Below are positions 39,418 to 51,787 of a stretch of DNA of 64,000 bases, in pieces. Made by a program: the position numbers and the translations under genes. Where the stretch lies: positions 248,001-312,000 of the forward strand of contig NW_026929709.1 in NCBI RefSeq assembly GCF_032062105.1. The letters run 5' to 3'. The first letter of the stretch is position 1; each line of letters starts with the position of its first letter. The stretch is from Saccostrea cucullata. Its lineage: Eukaryota. The notes under the pieces are model-generated. The model saw nothing but the letters and a program-made list of their open reading frames with translations, was not told the DNA's origin and did no database searches.

Positions 39418-41051
39418 CTCATGATATGTTATGTAAACATTTATTATACAATTGTAAGATCTGAATATATGTATACCTTGTTTGTAATACAACCATTATG
39501 TACATGTATCTGTCTGATATGCCGTTTGGCATAAGGAAATAAAGAATTGAATTGAATAGCTTACTGTCTTGCACGGTTGGGCATGTTACTACTTCTCTTT
39601 CAAATGTGCTTAATCATGTGTCAATTAGATGCTTCCTACAATCAAAATGTTAATATAAAGAGGATCTGTAAGTTGCCTCATGAATTTCATCGGTTTCATT
39701 TAAGGGGGTTGGTTTCTATTGATTATCAAAAATATTGAGAATTTTTTTTTATCCAAATAAATTATTGGATGAAACACAGTTTTTTTGAATAGTCACATTA
39801 AAAAATTGCGACAACAAAAATAATTTCAAACTACTTGGCATAGTCAATTATTGACCTTTCTGCGCTCATTTTTTTTTTTTTTTTTTTTTTGTATTTTTCT
39901 GGTGGTAGGAATTTGAAAAGCAATAAAATCATATGAAAGTAATGACAATTAATAGTGCTAATTTCAAGCTTAAATTGGGTCATTTTTTATAAGGGACTTT
40001 TATTGTATATTTGCCAAATATGGTGATAGAATTCATGACAGTGAAGTCAATATATAATTTAGGACCGACAAAGAACTTGAGCATTAAGATCGAAGGGCAG
40101 GAGCTACTGTTACATTAAACAAAATTCTCTACAAAATTTAATTACACTCTGTTAGTAATGTAGTGTTTTTTTATTAGCAAGTACTTTGAAACGAATTCAT
40201 TGACAAGGAAGTGGTAATATTTTAAAGCATTATCAGTTCATCACACCACGTGCATAGTTTAATCTTAAACAAAGGTTGCATTTGTACAACGTATTGATTT
40301 TTTAAAAGATTAAATACATTTTTATTAAGAAGATTTTACCCATGCTGAGACAAAGTAGATCAGAAAACGAATCATCGATCTATCGAATAAAGACGTTGAA
40401 TATAAAAGCAACACGAGATGCTGCAAAGATGTTTTATTTTGTTGTATATGCTCACTAAAGTACAAACTAAATTTTGTCATTAGATGATAAAAACAAAATG
40501 GTCGCATGTTAATATGCATTTCTATGCCGAATATTGTCTAAAACATGAAGTCATTGTTTAAATCAAATTGTCAGTGTCTTTTTGAGTTGACATAGAGGAG
40601 TGATTACAATATTTGCAAAGAAGGAAGAGCTTTAAAGGCAAAAATCGGCCGCAACTTAGAAATAAATGAAACATTCTCAAATAATATCTTAGGGTTTGTA
40701 AATTATTAAACAGTTTATATATATTTTCTTGTTTTTTTTTCTTCTGTCATTTAAATTTGGTATTGTTTTCTAAATACATGTAAATGACATGACGTCGTCG
40801 TTATTTTACATATCTTTAACGTCATGGGTTGACGTCACCATAAATCTAGAAATCGCATATTAGCATTGATTTTTATTGGGTAACAAGTACACAACAAAGC
40901 GAAGCATCCCCTCGCAAAATAAAATTCGTCGCAGTATTCAACATCAATTCTGTTTTAAACACAACGACAAACTTACTTGTATTAGTTTGTTTATAATTTT
41001 TTAATAGATGATTTGTAAGATTTGTGCCATTACATTATGTCATTACATTAA

Positions 41052-42239
41052 GGGGGGACCTATGTCCGAAAAGTCTTTGTGTGAAATTTTCAAAACTGAG
41101 ACATTTCTTTTCTGACCACTTGTTCTTAATTTTTAAGTATTTAAAACAATACCTTTATATGCTTATTTTTACACAAAAGCACGTGCAAAAACAGTGTGAA
41201 ATGCTAAAAATAGATTATTTTCAGTCCTTATTGTTCTACCCCAAATATGCGCTAAAAAGAACCAAAAATGTCAAATCATATTCAAAATCAACACTTATTT
41301 AATTTATATGACTTGTATCTTTAAAATGGAGGCAAATTCATTGAAATCCATCTCGCATGAAAAATTATAATGGAGCACAATGTAAGTATTACCCCATTTT
41401 TCTTGTCGTATTTTTTACAATTCCGACATGCAAAACAGGTAATATCTTAAAAAGTCTTTGTGTGAAAATTTTGTAACTCATATTTTTTGAAAGAAATCAT
41501 TCATCTCTTTATTTCAACAAAGAAAAAGGTATACCTTTATGATAAAATAAACGAGAAATATGACGTTTCCTTTTATTTTTGTACTCTTGTGTCATAAATA
41601 TTGACCTTTCTGCACTAAAAAAGGGTAAGTAAGCACTGACAAACACTTAAATATAAAACTATTTTGCAGAAAACGAGTATTTTGTTTTGATTAGAAACAA
41701 TTTAAATAGATATTTTTGTTCTACAATCCATTCATTCTGTTTCTCTCCCCCACTCCCCCCCCCCCATTTCCCCGTCAACAACCAATGCCTGTTAGAACCT
41801 AGGAATGACTTTATATAATAAAATCTACATTTACTATATAAATCAATAAGCAGATATACACTCGTACAAGTACATTTCTTAATTTTTTTCTTAGTTTTCT
41901 CCAGAAAATCGATTAATGGTAATTATAAAATTAAACATATTTCCCTGATTTAAGTCGCTTTCTTTCCTGAATTTTATCTCTTTTTTGCATTTTTTCACAA
42001 CAGAAATTGCTATGAATTATCAACCAAAGGAAAAGAATTTTAATATTAACAAACTCCATAAATCAAATAAAACTGTGATTAATGACGAATAAATTTTCCT
42101 TTTTGTAAATTGTGTACGTAAATGATTTTCAACAATGTCATGCCTCTATCACAGTTGCAAAAGTCAACAGGTAAAAACAAACGTTGCTTTTGTGACGTCA
42201 CATAATGCTGCCTTGACGTAGAACGACATAGGTCCCCCC
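41052..42239. mobile_element. TTAA-flanked non-autonomous DNA transposon (Kolobok-like GG...CC ends)
   Basis: TTAA|GGGGGGACCTATGTC ... GACATAGGTCCCCCC|TTAA, a perfect 15-bp TIR. Confidence 0.85.
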
Positions 42240-42794
42240 TTAAGTCATAAGGCCATTAGTTTGATATTGAAATAGTACACTTCCCCATCACTTCTTTATA
42301 AAGACATTTTCGATTTAATTGACAAAAAATATTTTTTAAAAGTAAATAAAATAAAATGATAAAAAGTTAAATCTTCCAATGGAAAACTTGATATTGCAGG
42401 AACAAATGCGCAATTGTTAGATTGCATTGCAATGTATCTACGATCATAAAACTAATGTCCTAGATAAGGCGAAGTAAGCCTGCGGTAAAGTTACACTGTA
42501 ATGATTTTTTATCGAAGTAAATTTATTTTCATACAGGTTATCTTTGTGATTAAAATAATACCATAGTTGCTAATCTGAACAGAATATTAGTTCCTGAATT
42601 TCGATAACATCTAAAAACTGATACAAACCACAGAGAAGAGACTGAATGTCTGTATGCTCTATTTGAACAATACGCATATGTTATTTTGATTCTTTCATTA
42701 TCATTGTTCTGCTAGAGCAACACTTTACCAGTACTGTTAAAACTATATAATTATTTTCATTTGCTCATGTCTTTCTCTAAGATTAAACCACTAT

Positions 42795-45700
42795 TCTACC
42801 ACGATTATTGCCAAGATCAAAGAAAAGCCGCGGACATTATTCTCCAATAAATCACGAACGTCATAAAAAAAATTATCAGATCAGAAACACGTATCAAACC
42901 TGAACAATTCAAATGCATGTTTGGCTTTAGCATGAAATACCTGTTAACACCACATCGATGTGTCGTCTTTTGCAGTATAAACACTGTAAATTGCATAAAG
43001 TTGCTGATGATTGTCGGTTTTTATAGCTAAGCAGGGCTATTCTACGGACCTCCCTATACATTTAAACACATTATTTTAGTCCCAATAGAGCTGTAAAACA
43101 GGAACATGATTTTGTTATTGTATATTCATTAAAACTAATCAATACATATTACGAACAAATTTTTAATTTAAAAAAGCTATTTTTTTTATGCACCGAAAGC
43201 TCAAATCACACAGGTATGCAAACAATTTTTTCCATCTGGTAGCATAGCGTAATCGAGACATGGTGATCATTCGCTTCTCTATAGAGGAAACGATCAACCG
43301 TACTTAAGCGATTTAAGTAGACATGGAAGAATAGAAATAAAGTCCTTGTTGTCGTGAATGATGCAGGATAACCTCCTCGGTCTCGAAATGTTGATTGAAA
43401 TATAAAAGCCTCGGCTACGCTTCGGCTTTTATCTTTCAAACAACATTCCTCGACCTCGGAGGTTATCTTGCAACGTTCATGAAAACGCGGACTTTATTTC
43501 TTAAATAAGGTAATAGCTTTATATCCCTGGAATAAATCGATTTACTCAGCAAGTGACAAAACTGCATACTTTTTCGCTGCTGTATTGTCTAGTAATACAT
43601 ATAGTGGGGCTGCTAATTATTTTTTACTATTAAACTTTTTCCATTGAATTAATGATCAGGAAAAATTGTAAATATAGGAAATAACTGTCTTTTTTTATTC
43701 TAAGATGATGACCAATCAATTTGCTAGCATTATCACGCAACTAATGTTGCTCTGAGTGATATTTTGAACACATCGAGATATCAAAGTCATTTTAAAGTCC
43801 CTTGAACAACATTGTTTTCCTATATATCTTACCCTGAATGTCTTGGATATCCCGTTTTTCAGCAGTCCCATTAACCTTTCAAGATAACGAGTGTGACTTT
43901 ATTTGATTGATTCAATTAATTTATGATGAATTATAAATATATCAATCATATACTTTTATGTTAATGTATTAACATTTTATATTTTTTAGGCCATATAACA
44001 AATGGTTGCTGAATTCATGAAGACTGGGATGATATAGTACTTTCTACTCTTATGAACCATATCTATGCATCATTTGAAGATCCCTTTCTAAGAAAAAGAA
44101 GAATATGCATATTAAAAGACTCTATAGTTTATTGTTTGTTTGTATGTTGTTTAATGTTCTTGAGAATTTTTTACTCATATGGGGATGCCAACATTTGCCG
44201 GTGGAGATAAAGCTGCATATTTTTGTCCTTTACTTGGCACTCAGGGCTTATTTAGCAATGAGGGATCTTTTTGGTGCTAGCACCTACTGCAACACACGAA
44301 CTGTATATACAGTCTCATCTCTATGTTTGACAGGATTTCAAACCAGCAATTTAACTCAAGGATCAAGGATCAACAGATGCTCTTGCCACTGCGCCACGCT
44401 GGCGACTTCATAGATTATAAAATAATAAGATAAGATTTATAACTTAAAACTGGTGATTTTAATTCAATCACACTATAGAAAATGTTTGGAAAAAGGGGGG
44501 TAATAGCTGATGGCTCTCACTGGTATCGCATGCTTAAGTATATGAATTACATATTTTAATTACACATGTATTTTAATCCAGATCAGTAAAGAAAAAAATA
44601 CTTGAATATTTTTACTATAAATTTTATTATAAGATTGACTATCTTTAAAAAAAATGAAACTTTAATATTTTTGAGTAGGAAGAAAAAAATAATTAGTATG
44701 TACATGTGCACTTAGTTTTGTTTATCAAAAAAAATTCAAAATTTGGAGATCTTGTTAAAGATATCTAAATATTGTTTTATAATTTTTTACTTCAATTTTA
44801 AACAGCGTAATATTTATTAAAACATATGCCCTGTAATATTCAACTTATTTGTTGTTAAACATTCCATTGTCATGTCTACATGTAGTGCTTAGTAAATTTC
44901 TTGTAAATACAAACATGATTGCATGTTGTTTGTTTACTTTGTCTTTTTTTCAATATGAGTCATGATATATAAATGGTGTGCATATCAGTTCGAATTATTT
45001 TTGTTGAATTCATTTAACCAAACAAAAAAAATTGAATATAATTATATAGATATATACCTTCCAGAAATATTTACATGTGCTAGTATCTGCAGATATGTAG
45101 CTTATGTGAAATCAGGTATACTTGAAAATCAATTTACCTGTGTTTATCAAACCGAAATTTAGTTTACACATTCATATACATATGCAGTATTTCATTCTGA
45201 AAATAGACTGTCTGTTGAAATTATACTTTTTCAACATAAACATTGATAAGAAGTGATCTTGATGAAATAAAACATCAAGCTTACAATATTTTTTCTTTTC
45301 CCCCAATTAATCACAATTTAAATGTATATAAATTGATAAAAGAAACTGACTATACCATTAAAAATCTTGAGTTGTCTTTCATTGTTTAAAGAAAATATCT
45401 GCTGCAATGAATGCTCCCTTGGGTTTATGACTCTGAATATTAATAAGTTTAGGAGAAACGAATTAGTTCACCATGTCTCGATTACGCTGTTCCATTTAAC
45501 ACCAGAGAGAAAATTTGTTTGCTTACCTGTGTATGGATTGCAGACGATTTTAGCTTTCGTTGCATTAAAAATAGCCTTTTTGAAATACAAATTTGTTCGT
45601 AATATCTATTGATAAGTTTTAATGAATATACAACAACTAAATCATGTTCCTGTTTTACTGCTCTATTGGGACTAAAATCACGTTGTTTAAATGTGTAGGG

Positions 45701-45947
45701 AGGTCCGTGGAATAGCTCTGCTTAGCTATATAAACCGACATTCATCAGCAACTTAAAGTGTTTATACTGCAAAAGACGACACATTAATGTGGTCTAATCA
45801 AGTATTTCATTCTAGAGCCAAACATGCATTTGAATTGTTCAGGTTTGATACGAGTTTCTGATCTGATAACTTTTTGATGACGTTCGTGATTTATTGGAGA
45901 ATAATGTCCGCGGCATTTCTTTGATCACTGCAATAATCGTGGAAGAA
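42795..45947. repeat. Long inverted repeat: arms about 42795-43282 and 45450-45947, spacer about 2.2 kb
   Basis: For example GCCGCGGACATTATTCTCCAATAAATCACGAACGTCAT (about 42828) has its reverse complement at about 45877-45914; similarity continues over about 490 bp. Confidence 0.85.
43334..43503. repeat. Fold-back palindrome
   Basis: AGAAATAAAGTCC...GATAACCTCC...AAAAGCC, core TCGGCTACGCTTC, then GGCTTTT...GGAGGTTATC...GGACTTTATTTCT. Confidence 0.75.
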
Positions 45948-46559
45948 TGCTATATATAAGTCAAGAATCGAGTTTTTGTTTCATACACATTATTTTCAAA
46001 GTGGTTAAGGCTTTAGATGGTTAAAAAAATGTTCAGGTACTCCTTTTACGCTAAAAGAATTCAAAGTGCGTTGATTTTGTTTCACGTGTAACGTTCCGAT
46101 TCAATTCAATTAAGTCACTCAAAACCATGTAAATGGTACATGAGGTACAAAAACATACATAACACATATACATATAATACAGTGGGTTTAGCAGAAGGTT
46201 TCGAATGGCGTTGATTTTACCCCAGTTTTTATCAGTTTTGAAAAAAAATGTTCAAAGTCCTTAATTGTTTTCAATGTGCGTCGGCACAATGCATTATCAT
46301 TATATTTTGCTTATATTTCGAAGTCATTTATTAAATTCTTGCTCTCATATTTTAGAAATAAACATTTTTTGGTGATTTATTTTTAATCCTATCAAGAATC
46401 GAATCAGATTTTGAGCAGGCAAGAAGAATCGGGGGGGGGGGGGGGGGGAGGGGGTTGTCCCTCCCCTTTTCCCCAGAAATACGTTTTTTGATAGTAATTG
46501 TCATTATAAAGTCAGATCCCCTTCAAACTTTTGGATGCAGTATTGGGAAATAAAAAAAA

Positions 46560-47358
46560 GCATGGACAATGTCATTCTTTTTATAGTGTTGAAGGGGTAC
46601 CTATCTCTTATCCGCAACTCATCATATACCAATGAAAAAACAATTATGATACTTTCAAAGATTCTTAATTACATAATTTCATAATGATATAGTATGCACT
46701 CCTTTTTCACTCTAAGATATGACACTTATTTAGGGTCTCCCAGAGTAAAACATACACTTTGCCAGTTTAATCATAAAAAATTATGATTTGGTATACCTCA
46801 CCTTTTCTTTATACTTAAAAATGTATTTTTTATGCCTTTTTCTTTTAATGTTTTCAGGGCCGTAAGCGTTGTTTATATAATATCCCCCGCACTTGAAAAG
46901 TGATCGGAATGCCTGTCCGTCTGTTAGGCTTTGTGGTACCCATCTCTTATCCGCAACTCCTCGTATACCACTGAATGAAATTTCAAAATACTTGAACAGA
47001 TTCTTCGTTACATATTGCTGTATTGTGCGCCTCCTAATTTACTTTTTGTTTAGAAACATAATTTTTGGTTTCCCGTTATGATAGCAAAACATGGACAATG
47101 CCATTCTTTTTATAGTATTGAAGGGTACCTATCTCATATCCGTAACTCATCATATACCACTGAAAATTTTTTTATGATACTTTCACAGATTCTTAATTAT
47201 GTAATTACATAATAACAAATTATGCACTTCCTTTTTTCACTCTAAGATATGACACTTATTTAGGGGTCTCCCAGAGCAAAATATGGATTTCGCCACTATA
47301 ATCATATGGGTGGCAGGGATATCATTTAGTGAGCCCAGTGTTCACAGTACCTCTAGTT
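46560..47358. repeat. About 200-bp direct duplication (46560-46755 and 47090-47285) inside a HINE-like element
   Basis: CATGGACAATG.CATTCTTTTTATAGT...TAAGATATGACACTTATTTAGGG occurs twice; the terminus AGTACCTCTAGTT recurs at about 52250 and 60549. Confidence 0.65.
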
Positions 47359-47389
47359 TTAATTGAAAGTAAATAAATAATAAAATTAA

Positions 47390-48168
47390 CGAGGCCGAGT
47401 CCAGTTCGAGTGCGCATGACTTTGCGCAGCTTTTTAATTTCATGCAGTCATTTGTGCGACAGTACACCTTCGCCAAATATTTTTATTTTAATACCAAAAT
47501 TAACAGTATCTGTAACCCCTACTGGTCTGAAAATGTGATTTTACGACAATTATTAGGAAACAACGCCGAAATGGCTCTAACAACGTCACCATTTTCGGGT
47601 TTGCAAGCAATGCATGACGCTGAAAATGACGCATGACTCGCTCGTATGGTCAAGACGCCCATGAAAATTATACTAAAAACTGATGACAGAACATCCAAAG
47701 AAACATACTAGCAATCTAAACATTGCAATTTTTTACCGAAAAAACCATATGCGCTGATAATTTATCTGCACTGATATTTATTTATACCGTAATATGGCAA
47801 TTTTAGAGGTATTGGGCTTTGAAAAAATAAACTTCGTAATTAATTCCTAGACCAATCTAGATAGTGAACTTTTTTGAAATTTCAAAATTTAGTGACTTTT
47901 TCTAATAACTTTCATATACTTGGATGAGAAAGAAATCTCCAGGACAGAAATACAAAAAATATGGAAAAAGTGTGATAATTTGGCGCTTTTCCAACAAATT
48001 CCCATAGGGTCCAATAGTAAAATTTGACAACTTTTGAGATGGACCCTAAGATATCGGGATAGTAAACATTTGATTTTTTTAATCTTAAAACAATAAATAT
48101 AACATTAAAAATTAATTATCAAAAAATTATCAAAATCCCTAGGGCAGAAATAATTAGATACGGCCTCG
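47390..48168. mobile_element. TTAA-flanked MITE
   Basis: TTAA|CGAGGCCG ... CGGCCTCG|TTAA. Confidence 0.7.
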
Positions 48169-49211
48169 TTAAAACTAAATTAAATACTAGTATCAAAGTG
48201 TACATAACTTCCTGTCTCAATTTTTTTTTAAAAGCAAGGGGAAAAAAAAAGAAAGATTGAATTTTGTTTTGGTACAGGAGGGTACATGAGGCCTATCTTA
48301 TATAAAAATATAGATTATTTATCTATTTTTTTGTGCTTTTGAAGTAGATAAAGTTATCTCTTAATGTCAGGACAAAAATTGCACTGTCAACTAATTAATT
48401 CTACCAGTAAGGATGTACCTTAACCTAGCCCAGTACTCAATTTGTTTGAAAGAAGATCACTTCTCATTTTCAATGGCATTCAAAGCGGTATAACTCTGAC
48501 ATATAATGAACAGTTCTTCAGGGAATCGAACTGAGGAAATGATATTTTATCGTATTTTTGTGCAATATGCTATTGCAATATATACGTCGTGATATTATAC
48601 AGAAAATGTGAGAAAATATTAACTTCAAATCTGTGTCTAAGCACCTTTAACAAAGGACAGCATTTTAAAAATTCTTCGTGTCTAAGCACCTATAACAAAA
48701 GACTGCATTTTAAAAATTCTTTATTGTTCTCTCTTTTTTATAACTTGGGGAAAAGAAAGAAAAGATAATTTTTGTTTTCTTTTTGAAGGTAGCGGGCTAC
48801 CATTAAAAGCAAGTGAAATTTACCAACCTTTTATCTCTAAACGATATTTTCTTGTAATATGAGAATTTATTTAGATAGAATTATTTGAGATTTATTTAAT
48901 GTAATATTTTATGTGATAATACAATCCTGTGTTTTTCCCCTGTCTGTATGTGTTTGTTGTCGTTGGAGCATTGAGAATTCTTTTGAATAAGTTTGGGTTT
49001 AAAGGGCGTCTGAAATTCTATTCAGTACTGCGCCGTGTTCAAATACAGTGTAATTTAAAACCAGTGTTCAATATTGATAAACCATAACGTAATTTCAATA
49101 GTAGCTTTTTCTAAAGACTTTTAAAACGGTCATCATATCCGATAATGTCAAACATGAGTAATTATGGGGAAAATATTTTTTAAAGAAAAGTAAGCAAGGG
49201 TCGTTGGTTCA

Positions 49212-51787
49212 ATGATTTTCAAGATTACGTTGCTGAAGGTATATGTTTGGATGGTATGTGTACTTCAGTGTTTGTGTAGTGGTAAGTGATATTTATAATT
49301 TATAATTAGTTTACAGTGTAAAATTCAATGAAATAAACATTTGATATACGTCTTTGTTTTTTCCTAACGTATATAGTGACAGATAGAAAGCTCGAGGCCT
49401 GCTATGGCGACGGTTGGAGATTACAGCCCGTGTGTGGCTTTGAAGAAGTCGTTTATCCGTACCAAGTACTACTTGGTGCCAAAGATCCAAACATTTGTCC
49501 CGCAGTTCTGCATAAAAACCAGACAAATTCTACCCTGACCGACCAGTGTTGTCAGATTGATCAGTCAAACACGTGTGGGGGGTTATTAAATGTATCTAAT
49601 TATAGAACGTACAGAGACTATTTTGAGAACTGTATAGGAAGAGTCCAGTGTACATACCTACCAATAGAGCGAACACGGAGCTCAACTTTTTCCAGTACCT
49701 GTGATCCACAGTTCCATGAAAACACAACACTAGTTACAATGATTTATCAGTGTGTTAAAGGTAAGGAACGTCAAATAAAACAATTAGATATCAAAGTTAA
49801 CATTTTGTGTATGTACATGTACGAAGGTCCTAGTCGATAAAGTAAAGAGATAATAGGGGAATTCTTATTACAGATGTAAAAAATATATTTAACACGGAAA
49901 TCATCACAAATCGTACAGATATTCATTTGAAAGGACAGGAATATGGAAACCCGATACTGCAAAGAAACTCAGATTGCGACAGTGTTGATGACGTCATTCA
50001 GTGTTCAGTAGAAGCCCTGAGTTGTGATGACGTGATTGATGTACAGGCGTGGGACTACAGGCTAGAGTGTGGACAGGAGTTGTGGTTCTGTGATTCAAAT
50101 GAGACTGTTAAACTGACGTGTGACAATAACACAGGGATACAGAAAACGGACGTGTATCACAGCTTGTCTAATTACGTCACTGTAACGTTCAAAAACAGTC
50201 TGTCACGTGATGGAGGATATTTCTGGCTCACGTTCAATCCAGGTACAGTTTGTTTTTACATTAATATGTGGAATTTTTAAGATGCAGACAGATCTAGATA
50301 CAATTGACTAAGTTCATCCTACCAACAGATTATGCGTCGACTTTGTGTAAACTTTTGGCTTACTTTTTCAGTTCCCGTAAATTCCACCTTAACAGTCAGC
50401 TGTCCCGTGCGGAAGTCAACCTGTCCCGGATCTTCCGGTTGTCAAGCAGTTCGGAGTCGGTCCTGTCGACCCAGTGACAATGATGATGACAAAACTTTAC
50501 GTACGTTAATTATTGTTGTATAACAGAAGAACACTACAATCAACAAGTGAATTCTTAAATTAAACAGCAGAGACTTTTGTATTAATTATATCAAGGGGAC
50601 TGGGTGGTTGTGCACGTGGCCATTTCCAGACTATTTTGATATCCTTTATAAGAAGAGCTCCATATAAAGATATAACAAAATGATCAAATTTTAAAACTAA
50701 AATTTATGAAATTTTTCTTTGCCAAATGATAGTTGACAGCTTAAGATATCATATCCCAAAATCTAAGTTATATCTGGTGGTTAATAAGAAAATAATTTGA
50801 CGACCCCTAGCCTCCTTAAACTTCATCTGCGAAACATATTTTAGTTCAATTTCCAAGGAATTTTTTTTTTTTTTTATGTTTACGATTTCCTTCTTCCGTG
50901 AAATCTGTAAAAGATGAGTAATGATTATGGAACATATAAATCACTTCTTTTTTAACTCAATTGATCTATGTTTATTTTTATAAAGTACCCCTCCATATTG
51001 ATCTCCCTGGTTCTCTTTCAGTTATAATCGCTGGTGTTGTTGGGTGTGTAATCCTATTGATATTGATTATTCTAATCGTTATAAAGTGGAAACATCGACA
51101 GAAAAAGATTGACCCGGATGTAATTAAGTATTTAATCAAATAAGTAATGATCTCAAAACAAACTCTTATAGAATCATACATATATTAATATTATTTATTG
51201 TACATATAAATTGTTAAATTTCGTATTTTTTGCTGCTAAAAGAACTAGCATTTCATTGGTTTTTTTTCATTGTGTTCAAGATTGAGACAACAAAGAAGAA
51301 TCCGTACGTTGGACAAAATGGGAATGAGTTACAGACTGCCTCTCGTGTATATGTTCCTTTATTTCAATTAATACAACTTCCTATGTCATATTTTTGGAAA
51401 GAATGTGAAATTTTACTTTATAATTCTGAAAACTTAAAAATGAAATAAAGAAACCGTTTTCTTAAACTATAATTACAGAAACGACGTCCAAACAACCGGT
51501 TATCTCCCATTCCACCAACTAACCAACGGATAGAGAGAGAGGGAACCGGGAAACCGAAAAAGGGAAAGAAAAGGAAAAAAGACAAGGGGAAGGATGTGCC
51601 ATCAACACCAAGGGAAGTAACTACAACACCAAAGGGACGGAAAGAAAAGAAAAAGAAGAAAGATAGGGAGCTGAACGGGTCGCTTTCAAGAGAGGCATCT
51701 AAAATGTCAGAAGGAAGGAAAAGCAAGAGGAAGAAAAGAAAGAAACACAAAGATGTCTCCAGGGGCAGTGAATCAAATGGAAACTGA
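49212..51787 (+). CDS. Gene E: inverted paralogue most similar to gene A, about 486 aa, probably 7 exons
   Basis: Exons 49212-49281 (signal MIFKITLLKVYVWMVCVLQCLCS), 49377-49760 (CYGDGW...TNSTL...QCC...CIGRVQC...YQCVK), 49874-50242 (QCSVE...DYRL...YHSLSN...DGGYFWL), 50372-50500, 50986 (or 51022)-51119 (TM VIIAGVVGCVILLILIILIVI), 51281-51346 (less certain) and 51479-51787 (K/R-rich, stop TGA). Confidence 0.82.
50591..50819. mobile_element. TTAA-type MITE, copy 2, in intron 4 of gene E
   Basis: Shares GAGCTCCATATAAAGATA...TCTTTGCCAAATGATAGTTGACAGCT...AGCCTCCTTAA with 3148-3370. Confidence 0.75.

Larger units (their letters stand above)
34692..39555 (+). mobile_element. Near full-length non-LTR retrotransposon (LINE; APE + RT + C-terminal Cys/His knuckle; clade not determined, RTEX/CR1-like)
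   Basis: 12-bp TSD ATAGCTTACTGT at 34680-34691 and 39556-39567; 3' AATAAA followed by a short GAATT/TTGAA repeat tail; ORF1 and ORF2 both present. Confidence 0.93.
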
